Assembly: GCA_013115145.1 (NCBI GenBank)
Contig: JAAPAO010000304.1
Coordinates: 1-41,398 of the forward strand
DNA from: Perkinsus chesapeaki ATCC PRA-425
Taxonomy: Eukaryota; Protista; Perkinsozoa
DNA length: 41,398 nucleotides
Reading direction: 5' to 3'
How positions within the stretch are numbered: position 1 is the first letter of the stretch; the number at the start of each line of letters is the position of its first letter. A program made the translations under genes and the position numbers. Below the pieces are notes generated by a model. That model had not been told where the DNA came from. It saw only the letters and a list, made by a program, of their open reading frames with translations, and ran no database searches. Shown piece by piece: positions 23,277 to 35,582 of the stretch.

Positions 23277-23489
23277 ATGATGCTGATCAAATCAGCTACC
23301 AGCTGGCCATCAAACAACGGATCAACCGCACTCAACTACAACAACGACAATAACAAACAATATTAACCCTACACCCACAATCACCGATGACGACGTCGAA
23401 GATGATATAATAATCGATTACTAGGGCGCGCGCTAAAGTAAAGACGACCATTGGACAGGAGGTGGGGGCGTTAACCTTAGAAACGGTTG

Positions 23490-23589
23490 NNNNNNNNNNN
23501 NNNNNNNNNNNNNNNNNNNNNNNNNNNNNNNNNNNNNNNNNNNNNNNNNNNNNNNNNNNNNNNNNNNNNNNNNNNNNNNNNNNNNNNNN
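23490..23589. other. Assembly gap (about 100 N) next to a tandem repeat
   Basis: Run of N. Confidence 0.97.
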
Positions 23590-23678
23590 GTGGTAGTTGT
23601 TGTTGGTGGTAGTTGTTGTTGGTGGTAGTTGTTGTTGGTGGTAGTTGTTGTTGGTGGTAGTTGTTGTTGGTGGTAGTT
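23590..23678 (+). repeat. Perfect 16-bp tandem repeat (GGTGGTAGTTGTTGTT), about 5.6 visible copies, truncated by the gap
   Basis: The unit reads without mismatch from the gap edge to 23678. Confidence 0.93.
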
Positions 23679-23718
23679 AATAATTGACATAATGCTATAT
23701 CGTGGATTATTACATAAG

Positions 23719-25340
23719 ATGTTATCAAGAACATGGCATAAACATGCCTCTAAAACTTGGTAATAGAATTAGTTATATTGGATAATATAATATATTGTTA
23801 GGTATAGATCACCTTATATTAACCGTATTGTTGTATGCCTTGGTGGATCTAACCCATGCGCATCTGAGATTGCACTTAGTAATGTATTTGGTTTAGTATC
23901 ATCATGGAATCGTAATGAATCATCCGAAGTATCAATACATGGTAATATATAACAACAAGACTGTTGTTATATGGTAATGATGGTTATAGGTTATCATGTA
24001 CCAAGTAAACATGAGACTAATACTGATGATTATAGAAAACGATTTAATACTTTAGCAAGTGAATTCCCTCAACTAGATGCTGCTTTTGATGTCGCAGAAG
24101 CGACTAAGGATATCAGAGGTATTAATAGTAGTTGGCAGCATACATAAAATAACATGGGCAGATACATTAATGGAGTACTGTAGTGAGGCTGAACCTGATC
24201 TAGTTGCAATAGGAACTGGTGGATCGGTAATAATATAATATAATAATAAAGGGTATTGGGTAATATGGGCAGACACATTATCTAAAATTAACATCACTAG
24301 TCGAATATGTAGTAAGGGAATCTCCCTGTGATGTACTTATTGTACGGGAACATAATACTAACCAAAATAAACAATATAATGGTGATGATTATGAGATGAC
24401 AGGATCTGATGAGGATAATGGTAATGTTGCTGAATTCATTGAACCATGTAATAATAGTATGTATAATCATCAAAGGTTTGATTGATAAGTTAGCTGTTAA
24501 ATGCGATGGTAAAGCTATATTACCGGGTTTACATAACGATCGCCCAATGAAGGTGTTGGTATGCTTTGGCAGCAATAATTGGTAGTAGTATTATATTATT
24601 CATATTATTAATTAAGTTCTAGGGAGGATTCAATAGAAGCTTTAAGAGCAGCCATACGTTTATGTAGACCTGGTGATGAGGTACAGTTGGTTACTACACC
24701 AGACTTTTCAGCTGGTGGCAATGCTGTAAGTAGTAGTATTATTATTGTTAGATATTGTTATGATATAGATACATGTAGTAGCACCACCTGATGAGGGTAC
24801 TAGTATAGAAGATGTCCTTATGGGAGATCTAAAAGAAGTAATGGATGACCATCAAACCGATGACTTAATTTTATCCGCTAAAGTCATCCCAGCAAGTAAT
24901 ATGTTATTTATATAAATATATAATATTTATATATATAGGTCCATTACCAGCAGCAGCTCTATGTGAATATGCTGAATCAGAGAATGTTGATATAATGGCT
25001 ACGGGATATGGTGGACACTCACACTTGTTCCATCCAAATAGTTTTCCGTAATAATGTTAAGGAGGGTTAATATAATAATATGTATGTTATTATTAGGTTT
25101 TATATAGCACATAAAGCACATTGCTCAGTGTTAGTAGCAAGACAACCAACTAGTAAGGAAATACAACAAGGGGAAGAAGAAAAAGAAGAACACGGGAATA
25201 TAGATAGTACAAATGAGGCAAATAATAATAAAGACGATGAATTAAGAATGACTGAACCCATGAACGTTAAATCTGATGGCTCATCTTCACATACTACTAC
25301 TGCATCAGCTAGTACTGTTGGTGTACATGCATCATCGTAA
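23719..25340 (+). CDS. Universal stress protein with two tandem UspA-like domains, multi-exon
   Basis: RIVVCLGG...TLMEYCSEAEPDLVAIGTGG...DVLIVR, then KVLVCFG...AAALCEYAESENVDIMATGYGGHS...YIAHKAHCSVLVAR. This is a repeated UspA strand/helix pattern. Confidence 0.72.
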
Positions 25341-26040
25341 TGAATTATAATAGTGATGATGCTTGTTATTTACATGATGATACCTATTGACATGAAGCAG
25401 TTAGCAGTATACGTCGTTGCTTCCGCTACATTATTAAAGATGGTATAAGTTATAGGATAATATCATCTCTACTGGTGTTGTAATATCTGTATAATAAGTT
25501 CGTATAGAGCGATTATAAGACAAAGATTAATACTACTATTTGAACCTAACCCCTTTCTTCGCGATAATGTTAATACGGTATATCATTATTGCTGAAGACA
25601 ACAACAATAAGAAGAAGATTAACATAATTATCACTTATTTCATAGTATTGCACGCTCCTCCTCCTCCTTCCTTTTATCCTTAAGACGATGGTAATACTAT
25701 TAAATACCCCCTCAACGGTGATGATGGTAATCATGAAGTGAATACTGATGATAGTGTTGTAAGGATTGATACGGACTTTTTTGTACCTATTAATGCATTG
25801 TGTTTAAGAGTAATAGGTAGTAGATGTACTGGAGTAGACGGCAGCGGTGACAGGGGCTGCAGCATTTAGATGGTAATAGTTGCGTAGATAAACTGCGGAT
25901 ACACAATGAAAAATTAAGAACTTACCTAACTAATGCAGCGTCACTTAATCAGCATAACATCCATTATGCGTAGCATAGCATTATTCAGCAGATTAACGAT
26001 TTCGATATTGTATGTAAACAGTAGACTTGGCGAAGAAATG

Positions 26041-26058
26041 GGGACAAGTTGCACAATC
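26041..26058 (+). promoter_or_regulatory. Candidate cis-element upstream of ENT copy 2 (GGGACAAGTTGCACAATC)
   Basis: 16/18 match to 6540-6557; both copies are preceded by CGAAGA. Confidence 0.45.
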
Positions 26059-26173
26059 CGTTCAAAGGTCCGTCTAGCGTCGTGACCTCTGTTTTGTGTT
26101 GGGTGATTAGCTAAACCCTATTTTAATAGTCAACAGTGTCTAACTGTTTTTAGGGATATTCTTGTCCATCATT

Positions 26174-27499
26174 ATGTCCAAAGAAGCTCAATTCGATACA
26201 GCTACGTTAGAGAGTAGAAATACTCAGGAGGAAGATATAGCATCTTCCGATTCATCTTCACCTGATAGCTTTGATGACTTGGAAGAAGGGAAGAAAGACC
26301 TTATTACAAAGCCTGACTGGAAGCTATTGCTTATGTTCATGTTCCTTGGCTTCGTGGCATTGGCTCCATGGAACTTTGTTCTTACTGAACTGGTATATTT
26401 GGATTCTAAGTTCGAGAACCAATTTAGTTCAAATGTGTCCATCTATTATGGTTTATCCGTTAATGTGGCCGAGTTACTCCTTATCTTTATCGGTAATAAG
26501 TTCCCATTTGCCCCTCGTATGGATATTGGATGCATCCTTCTTGCTACATTTAATATCCTTATGGCTGTAGTGGCTATGCTTATTGGTAACGATGATCCGG
26601 TTGATAATCCTGGTCTCGGTTTCGGTCTGGGTTTGGTATGCACCTTCATGCTTGGTTTTGGTCATTCCTTGATCGAGTCTGCTGCCTTTGGTTTGGCTGC
26701 TCTCGGTTCCCAGGCCTGTATGAACTGGGCTATGATTGGTGAAGGTGTTGCTGGCCTTATTGGATGGCCTATTTATATGCTTATTAATTATATCCTAACC
26801 TCTTGCGGAGTACGACGATATGCTGAATGGAGATGTTTGATATTCTTCGCCGTCACATCCATAATGACAATATTGGTTATCCCAATGTTCCGCTTATCTA
26901 TGGTTAAGCACCCTTATATGAGTGATATATTAAAAATTGAGGCCAATAGAAAGAAGGAGAGCTTCACTAAGCGACAGAGCAGTCGACCTGTGTTTGCTAT
27001 CCTGAAGGATATAATGTGGCCAGCATTTATTGTATGGTCTGTACTTACCATCACATTCACAGTCTTCCCTTCACAAGTAACACAATTTACTAGCTCTAGA
27101 GGCCCTGACGATAACGTTAACTTTATTCCCCTTGTAACCTACATGTATCAGATTTTCGATACCGTTGGGCGTTTTGCCCCTAATATGGGGATCTATTTAT
27201 CTCAGATGTGGTTGATTATACTTTCTCTAGGACGTAGTATATTCATTCCACTCTTTATATGTATTAGAATATTCCCAAGTGTTATTCCTTTCCAATACAA
27301 TTGGTTTAAGCACGTTATGATGGCATTATTTGCTTTCACTAACGGTGTTGTTGCCACTCTTGGTATGATGCTTGGCCCCAAGAAGGTACCAAATCAAAAG
27401 GATGAGCAGGAGATAGCTGGTTATGCCATGGGCTTCTGTCTTATTAATGGTATCCTTATTGGAAGTATCTTCGGTATTTGGATCACCGATATGCTATGA
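26174..27499 (+). CDS. Equilibrative nucleoside transporter (ENT/SLC29), intronless, paralogue of 6620-7903
   Basis: GFVALAPWNF, MIGEGVAG, TFTVFPSQV, FDTVGRF, FTNGVV...MMLGPK. The first ATG is at 26174 (the ORF track starts at TTG 26162). Confidence 0.92.
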   Translation: MSKEAQFDTATLESRNTQEEDIASSDSSSPDSFDDLEEGKKDLITKPDWKLLLMFMFLGFVALAPWNFVLTELVYLDSKFENQFSSNVSIYYGLSVNVAELLLIFIGNKFPFAPRMDIGCILLATFNILMAVVAMLIGNDDPVDNPGLGFGLGLVCTFMLGFGHSLIESAAFGLAALGSQACMNWAMIGEGVAGLIGWPIYMLINYILTSCGVRRYAEWRCLIFFAVTSIMTILVIPMFRLSMVKHPYMSDILKIEANRKKESFTKRQSSRPVFAILKDIMWPAFIVWSVLTITFTVFPSQVTQFTSSRGPDDNVNFIPLVTYMYQIFDTVGRFAPNMGIYLSQMWLIILSLGRSIFIPLFICIRIFPSVIPFQYNWFKHVMMALFAFTNGVVATLGMMLGPKKVPNQKDEQEIAGYAMGFCLINGILIGSIFGIWITDML

Positions 27500-27923
27500 G
27501 CTTCTTTATGAATTTCTAGTATGCCCTTTTTTATCTCGGATGTTTATCTATTCGTAGATATACAACATCACACTGTCTATTTTCCACCATTATATAACAA
27601 CAATCAGTCAAGTAGGTCTATTTTCTATGATTTGCTGGATTGTTTGGACTCTTAACCACTGATGTTGTGGTTGCTTGTTTAATATATGCTACCATCGCTG
27701 TGTTATATACAAAGATTGGCCCTCCTTATGTGATAGCCTTATGCCTTGTGTTATTATAATTGTCAATATGTGATATAACAACTCGTCACACAACACTCAT
27801 GCACTCAGAAAGAGTCAAACGTTAGATGTCAGTCACAAAAACGATGATGATTTCTCGATTGTATTTTCACGGTGGCAGCGAACATTTTCGGTAAGTAAAA
27901 ACTGGTCGTCGCTGGTGTTGTAA

Positions 27924-30479
27924 TTAAGCGTCTTCTGATGTAGTTGATATATCATGGAAATAGAGTATACCATCTTGACGGAAGACAGCCTCTCCTAGGT
28001 CGCTCTCAATAGGGATAGTTGAATCCCACAAACCAGTTAGGTGATCGTAATAATATTCAAACTGAAGAATGCAGCAGCAGCAAACTGTTAACGAATGTTG
28101 TTGCTATTTGATACCAACCCCTTCAGCATTAAATCTCTGCCATATAGCATCGTATTCATATCGGTTACTTCTCACATTCTTTTTGTGAACTTTCCCGGTG
28201 AAATGAGAATGCCAGGCTCCCCATCTAAGAATGCTTCATCAACAACAACAGCACCCCTCAGAGTCATACCCGCAGATATCTCCGGTTTGGCATAGCTTGC
28301 AGCGAGAGTCGTTCCAATCATTATGAGCGGGAGCACGATCATCTGGAACTAAGTAGCCAAGGACTAGTGGTGTGAGATGTGTCACCTCCAATGTAGCCGC
28401 ATTGTAATGCAATATCTCCGGTACCATAAAACTGATGAGTGCATTGTTCTTCGAACTGCTCATCATTATGATAGACCATACCAACAGCGGGAGTAATACT
28501 CTGGCCAGAATGATATCTTACATACAATAGTATTGCTTTATTACACTAGTAAAGTTATTAGATGGAGCTGATGATGATGTGGCCCCCCATAATAGATTAT
28601 TCTGATGCTTCCTACTCGATGCATGCGCCATTGCCATGGGCTCAGCATTAACTGATGCATCTTAAACAACAAAAACGACAACAATACTAATAATCATTAT
28701 CCAATAACAGCAGCTTTTGCTATTGTGGATATTTACCGCATAATTTGCATCTCCAACCATATTGTGTCTCTTCCCATACTGAACGATCCTCAAATATGCT
28801 ACCATTCAGCATAGTACTAAAATAACTCAAGTAACGTTATGGATATCAACAACTACAACATTATCTACCTTCTTATTGCTCCTCCTCCTGTTGTTGTTAT
28901 ACTATCTCTTGGGTGGTTGCCTGCCATCATAGGAGCTGTTGCAAACTGATAGGTGGTGCTCTACTGTACACTTGAACGATAAAATTCCCACCTGCTCTCC
29001 ACCATTCCCATATGATGCTGCTGCTGCTCCTGTTTTATACCACTTAGATTTACTTGTATGTTTTTTACCTTTTAAATGCATCAACAATATATCTATTGTA
29101 CAGCAAGCTGCATCTGATAAATGAGCACCACCACCACCATCACCACCCTTACTCTTTATGATAAGGTCTTACTATTACCACAGCAGCTGCATACATAACC
29201 ACGGTTATCATCCCATTTGATAAACTGTTGTTCCCATTCAGGTACTCTGGACATGTCCCATATCTCATCACCACCATCCCCTGCTGCTGCTGTTGCTTGG
29301 GGCCCACTAGTCGAGGCAGCAGCAGCAGTAACAGAATCCTCCACAATTGCTGCTGCTGTAGTAGTAGTAGTAGTGGCGTGTTGTTGTTGCCACTTTATAT
29401 TTTCCTTTTTCTTTCTATGTCCACTGCCACGTAGATGCATATCCATACTGCCCTCACTATTAACATTACACCCTAACAACAACAAGAACCCTACTACCCA
29501 CGGTCATCCAGCCGTGGGTGTAGGCTATGTAAACTATCATCGTACTACTACTACTACCACATATAGTGCATTTAAACCCTGTTGATATAACTTCCCATTC
29601 AGTTGGGTATTGTAGCATTATAGCTGATGCAGGTGTATAACTACTAATAATAAACAACAACAGCAGCAGTAATGATGACCTAGAACATCTCATCTTACTC
29701 ATTATCACATTGTTCCTTATCTACATCTGATCTACCAACCACTAATGATGATGTTATTGTTGTTAATAATACCTCGTTCTCCTCTACTGTAGTTAATGGC
29801 CTTGATAACAACAATACTTATATAATAAATATATGTTGTATTACATCATCCTCATCCTCATTCCTTGCTTATCCTCCTGTGCTTTATACCATTCCTTATT
29901 TCTTAATGCCTTCTGATGCCTTTTACCAGCTAAATGATTCCTTAACTCCTCCATTGAATATAATACACATTTACATAACTCACAGGGATGTCTAAGAATA
30001 ACAATAACAACAACAACCATTTAAGATCGGTACAGTAACACCACCTTACTGTAGAAAGTTAATCTAGATACGAGTACGTACATAATCTCGAGATAGTTAT
30101 ACGTGATGATGATGTGTATATCTCAGGACTACTATTAGTAATATGTCTCATTTCAAACGGCATCTAAAGTAATATCTATGTTATATAAAGCCTTCTTCTT
30201 CTTATGAGTATAATATAATAATGAATGAAGGCGACACCTTACTCTTCCCAAGTACTCGTCCCTTCTGACTGTTGTTGTTGTTGTTGTTGGTGTCTCGTAG
30301 TATCATTCAGTAGCACTCTACTAGTTGTATTATTAGCTGGTTGGAAGGGCTAAGTTAATTACAACATCATCATCATTGTTATTCTGTATTATTACACTTA
30401 ATTCCATGGTACGAGCCAATAGATGATCTGCTGATGCTATCGATGATGATAGAGGAGGAGGAGAAGGTGATGATAACAT
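27924..30479 (-). CDS. Multi zinc-finger protein (five U1/matrin-like C2H2 fingers) with a C-terminal module, multi-exon
   Basis: Spliced fingers CELCKCVLYSMEELRNHLAGKRHQK, CTICGCNVNSEGSMDMHLRGSGHRKK, CSCCDAACCTIDILLMHLKGKKHTSK, CKLCDASVNAEPMAMAHASSRKHQNN and CKLCQTGDICGWGAWHSHFTGKVHKKN. It ends YYYDHLTGLW...EDA*. The 5' exons are uncertain. Confidence 0.7.
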
Positions 30480-30727
30480 TATAAAAATAGTAACAACGAC
30501 AACAGCAGCAGTTGAAGTGGTAGTACTACTACCGTATTAGTAGTATACACTAACGGTATTAAAAACAACAACAACTCAATAATATACAATGTGCAATATT
30601 AACATACGTAACAGTGATGATGATGATGATGAATGTGTTCTTCTTCTTCTTCTTCATATATACGATGATCTCCTATAATGTATTAAACCATTTACTGTAG
30701 ACCATAGTAGCCACATAGTGGTAGTAG

Positions 30728-32308
30728 CTAATCTAATAATAACATACTATTATCACTACCTCCTATATTACCTATATTACCTTCTGTTACTGTTGTTGTT
30801 GTTGTCTTTCTAACTTCCCATGGTGTATTATAATCTATAAAAGGCATGGTATCTTTATCATACCAACACCAATAACCATCGAGATGATTATAATAATACA
30901 CTAACTAATAATAAGCAGCATAATAATACTACTTATAATAACTGTTGTTGTTATTACCCCGGTCCCTGCCGATAGCTTCTGCCAATACGCTATATGAGTT
31001 GCCCTTGTAGAGTACACATGTTTCATATGCTTCTTACCTTTAAAATGTTGAGTCCATTTCCACCACCTACTAAGTAGTAGTGTATAACAGTAATAATAAT
31101 AACCCTTATTATTATTACCCATCAGGTTTAGCACCACATAAGCTACAATACATCGCCTCATAAACACAGTGTGCAGGTGCTATAGACGTAGTAGTAGTAG
31201 TATCATCATCATGTTGAATACCTATAATAATACTATTATAATGACGATAATAATGAGGTTATAATATTATAATTATTACTACCTAATATATCTACTATAC
31301 CATCTGTTCTCAATTCCCCATTATCTGCCCAGAATTGTCTATTGCATTGATTCTCATAATCTTTCCTTTCATAATCATCAAACCATGCAAATGCTGCTAC
31401 CTACTACTACTATCATCATCACCAACCAATACTATCCCTCTGTTACCGGCTCCACTTCCGCTCCTGCTGCTACTGATGATGTTGCTGATGCATCCCCTCC
31501 TTGTATTTCCCATTTACTACCCCTATCTCCATTATTATTAGCTTGCTTCATGATGACCCTCGGTGGTGCAGTAGTAGTATCAGATACAACCTTTGTTGTT
31601 GTTGTTACTGTCAGTTGTTGTTGTTGCTGCTGCTTTGGTGTTGGTATACCAGTAGTACTGCAGCTGTTGCTGCTACATTGTGATTGTTCCCATAATTTAT
31701 AGCTAAGGTTCTTCTTATGCCTTCTACCTTCGATATGTCCTCTTAATTGTGATTCATGTACAACGGTGGCATCTACTACCAATACTACTACTACCACTAA
31801 TATTATTATTACTACCACACAGCTTGCATTTGAAGCCTCCTTCCAGCATAGTCCAATGACTATCACCAAGCACTACTGGATCAGTAACCTTATAGGGCTC
31901 TTCATCCTCATCCTCCTTCTCCTCCTGCTCTCTATTATTGTTGCCACCACACTGTTGTGATGTTGTTGTTGTTGGTATTCTGTATACGATTACTCATCCA
32001 TTTAAGTTGATATATCCCTTACTTTACGGGTGATGGTGGTATCTTCTTCTCTCTCCTCCTTCTCCCTTTTATTATACCATCACGTTCATCATCTGATATA
32101 TCTCCAGATTCATTCTCACTATCATCATTCCTTCTTCTTCTACTACTAAGCCATGATGTATTATGTACTCTATCCTAACACCATACAATAATAATAGGTA
32201 AACAACAACACCAGCAACAGCAACACCAGCAGCAGTAGCTGCATTGTTCACTACCCTTCTAAAGGTAGTAGTTCCCTGCGATGATGTTGATGATGATGTA
32301 TTGCCCAT
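30728..32308 (-). CDS. Zinc-finger protein (two U1/matrin-like C2H2 fingers) paralogous to the 3' half of 27924-30479, multi-exon
   Basis: FKCKLCDATVVHESQLRGHIEGRRHKKNL, YCSLCGAKPDGWWKWTQHFKGKKHMKH and YYYNHLDGYW. The start is tentatively ATG 32308 (MGNTSS) but could be near 32710. Confidence 0.68.
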
Positions 32309-32966
32309 AGAACTAGTCGCCACATCTGGAATATAACACTATTAGACCCTATGATAAAGTAGTAGGAAGAGTAGGAGGATGATGATTGGTATATCAGTAT
32401 TAAATAGTTAGTTGTAGTTGTAGAAGGAGAAGGAGAAGAAGTGACTAAGTACATTGTACACTACTACTACTACTACTAGTGGTGATGGTGGTATTACTTC
32501 CTAGTGTATCCCCTAATAACCTCCTTATATACTCATCACTATTATTATTATCAATATCATTAACATCACCATATCTATAGTAATAATAACAACACGAATG
32601 TGAATATCAATTATAGCACCTCCATGGATGATGATGATGCTTCATACGAGGGGTTGATGATGATGATGATGATGAGGAGAAGGAGGAGGACCCATGGATA
32701 TTAAACATAATACTACCTATACAAAGGGTTTATATGACTCAAACACAAATGAGGTAGAGCAACATACAGTAGGAAATGTTATATAATATTATTATTAACA
32801 GCAGCTGCAGCTGCAGCGACAATAACACAAAATAAACTTTATAGTAGTTGCTGTAGTAGTAGTAGTGTATTAATGACTCAGTCCATGTTCTTCATACCTT
32901 GAGGAGGATGGACTAAGACACTGGCTTACTACCTTTACTACTACCACAACAGCAGCAGCAGGATGT

Positions 32967-35352
32967 CTAATCATCATCATCAAGGTCACTAGAGGATAAT
33001 AATAAGTACACTGACTTATACATGACATACTTACATATAATATGTATTATTATTAGTATCCTGTACAACTTTATACATATTATGTACCTTCCTCCATACC
33101 ACACTTACTCCAAATTTACTAATAGGTCCCCATCGTAATATACCACCATATAACATTATATACTCTCCACTATTAATATACCTACCACCCCAACCAGCAA
33201 CAGCAGCATCAGTACTAACAACACCAGTGGCAGCAATAGTTATATTACGTATCGTTAGTAGCTCTAAGGTCACCATTATCATCTAGATAGAACTTATCCT
33301 CTGGTATAACCTCTGGAGAATCCTCCTAAGATAACCTCAAAAATATCTTATATATCTATTATTACTGTATCCATTCGCCGTGTTATATTAGCTAAGCTAT
33401 CCATTACTGTTGACAATGGTCCTGGTGGTAGTGGTGATGAACTAGATGATATCCCATATAAAACAGTAGATATATAAGGGAAGTCTATTTGATACGGTCC
33501 TGGGTTAATAGTCTATAATAATGATAAATAATTCATATCATCATCATCATCAACACCATCCTCCTCCGCCTATCCTCCCTTATTACCTTTCTAAGTGCCA
33601 TCTCAGGTATTTGGTATTCAGTACCATAATCAGCTGTAATGATATCCCCAGCTTTTATAGCCTTACATGCTCTTATTGCTACTGATGGTATCGACATACC
33701 TCCTGGTTGGGTATAATACGTATAAAACTCAACATTAGGATCCTATCATAAGACTCATATATGGTATTATTATCCTATACCCTCTATTGTATTACCTTAT
33801 TATTATGTTTAATCCATCTACCTAATGTCCCACAATGTGTAGCATCTATATATAATATGCTTTGCTTGGGTATTATTATATCATCATTATCAACCCCTCC
33901 CTCTCCTTGCTCCTTCTCCTTCCTATGTACCCTTAATATCTTCCTTGCTCTCCTCAGTAAAGGATCACCTCTATCACATTGATCTACTACTATTATTACT
34001 ACTATTATAACTATTACCTTGTTCTTGCATTATGTGATAGATCCCTTAATAGTTGTTGGCATCTCTCCAATAATAACCTATGTATCTCTACTCTACCTTC
34101 CTCAGATTGATTACAATAACCAATATTAGATAATGCCATCAATATGAACCTCAAATACCAACACCTACAACCAACAACAACAACAACAACCTAATAATAG
34201 CCTTGCAGCTGGTACTACTAGTGAAACTACCTTGAAAATCTAGCTTTTTCCTGTACTCTTATTTCCTCTTCATCTACTGCCCTTTGCCATGATTCTAACA
34301 CTTGTATAACATCCCCCATAGTACCAGATGCCAGCCTTTTCTGTCCCATACACCATGAGTAAATTATCTAATAATAATATTACTAACAGTATAATAATCC
34401 ACACCAAAGTTAGTACATCTCTCCATGTATGTAACTGCCCTTGTAATACTGGTGTAGTATTATTCCTTTCTTTACTATTAGACAGCTTACATTCAGCCAA
34501 TGCCATATCCCACGCAAAATAATAAAAGTATGTTCTAGCATTTAATAGATGCCATGCTGGATTGGCCAATACTGCTTCCTACCATCCACCACCAACACTA
34601 TCTATTATTACTACTACCACTCCTACTACCTCTAGCTCTTTATCAGCTGGAAATATCCTCTTTTCTGCATCCTCAGAAGAATCCAAAGCCTCAGCTATTC
34701 TACCAGCTTCTAATTCACAATGTAATAGATTAACCAACATATTAGCCCTATATTCAGGTGGTAATGTATCCCTAGTTAGTATCTTCTTATCTGTCCTTTC
34801 ATCAAGATATTCGATAGCTTCCTACACTACTCCATGGCCCCCCTTATAAACTACTATTATTACCCTAAACTGTCCTCTTTTCATATGTAATGATACTAGT
34901 TCTTCTGTTACTATCATCCTATTAGTATAATTATTAGGTACAGAGCTACCTGTTACTGTATCAACACCATCATGTATCCTTCCTAATGATTTATTACCCC
35001 TGTAAATACAATATTACTGAATCGTATTATTACGCCATCTGTACTACCATGGTAATGTTAGTGGGGTTGATGGTTTCCATCTAGGAGCATCTAATAGTTG
35101 CCTTAATGCTACTGCTGCCTCTCGTACTGCTTTATCACTTCCAGTATTACTACTCATTATAATATTACCACTCAATACTCTATAATACTACTACTTGAAT
35201 GTCTGGAGGCTATTATCAGCTTCCTTTAATAATGTTAACCATCCAGGTGGTGGTGAATCATTATTATTATACTTATTAGATTTATGGTTGGACGTATTAC
35301 TACTACTATGTGATGAAGATGATGTACTATTAGTAGTAGTAGCAGGAGGCAT
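32967..35352 (-). CDS. SET-domain protein (putative lysine methyltransferase) with a long helical N-terminal region, multi-exon
   Basis: LYIDATHCGTLGRWIKHNNK/DPNVEF...VAIRACKAIKAGDIITADYGTEY matches the SET C-terminal signature. DNGDLRATND/TYINSGEYIMLYGGIL matches the SET N-terminal signature. The 3' end is uncertain. Confidence 0.7.
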
Positions 35353-35582
35353 TACATATACACTATATATCTTACACTGCTGCTACTGACATAACACAAC
35401 TATTATTATATATTGGTATAATGATTGTTATTTACGTAAGGAAAAGGGGGAAGAGAGAGGAGATGGTAATGGCAGTAGTAACAACAATACGGATAATATG
35501 CAGTTACGACTAAATACCAAAGAAGAAACAGCAGCAGCAATAATGATGATGATACATAGGGTATAATATTAAGCCTCTCCGT

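Noticed and set aside
23590-23678. 16-bp repeat as a CRISPR array or telomere seed
   Set aside because: There are no spacers or cas genes in this eukaryotic context, and the unit does not match TTAGGG/TTTAGGG-type telomeres.
27885-27900. TACTTACC on the minus strand resembling the U1 snRNA 5' end
   Set aside because: It is only an 8-nt match with no recognisable U1 body, and it is simply the reverse complement of GGTAAGTA.
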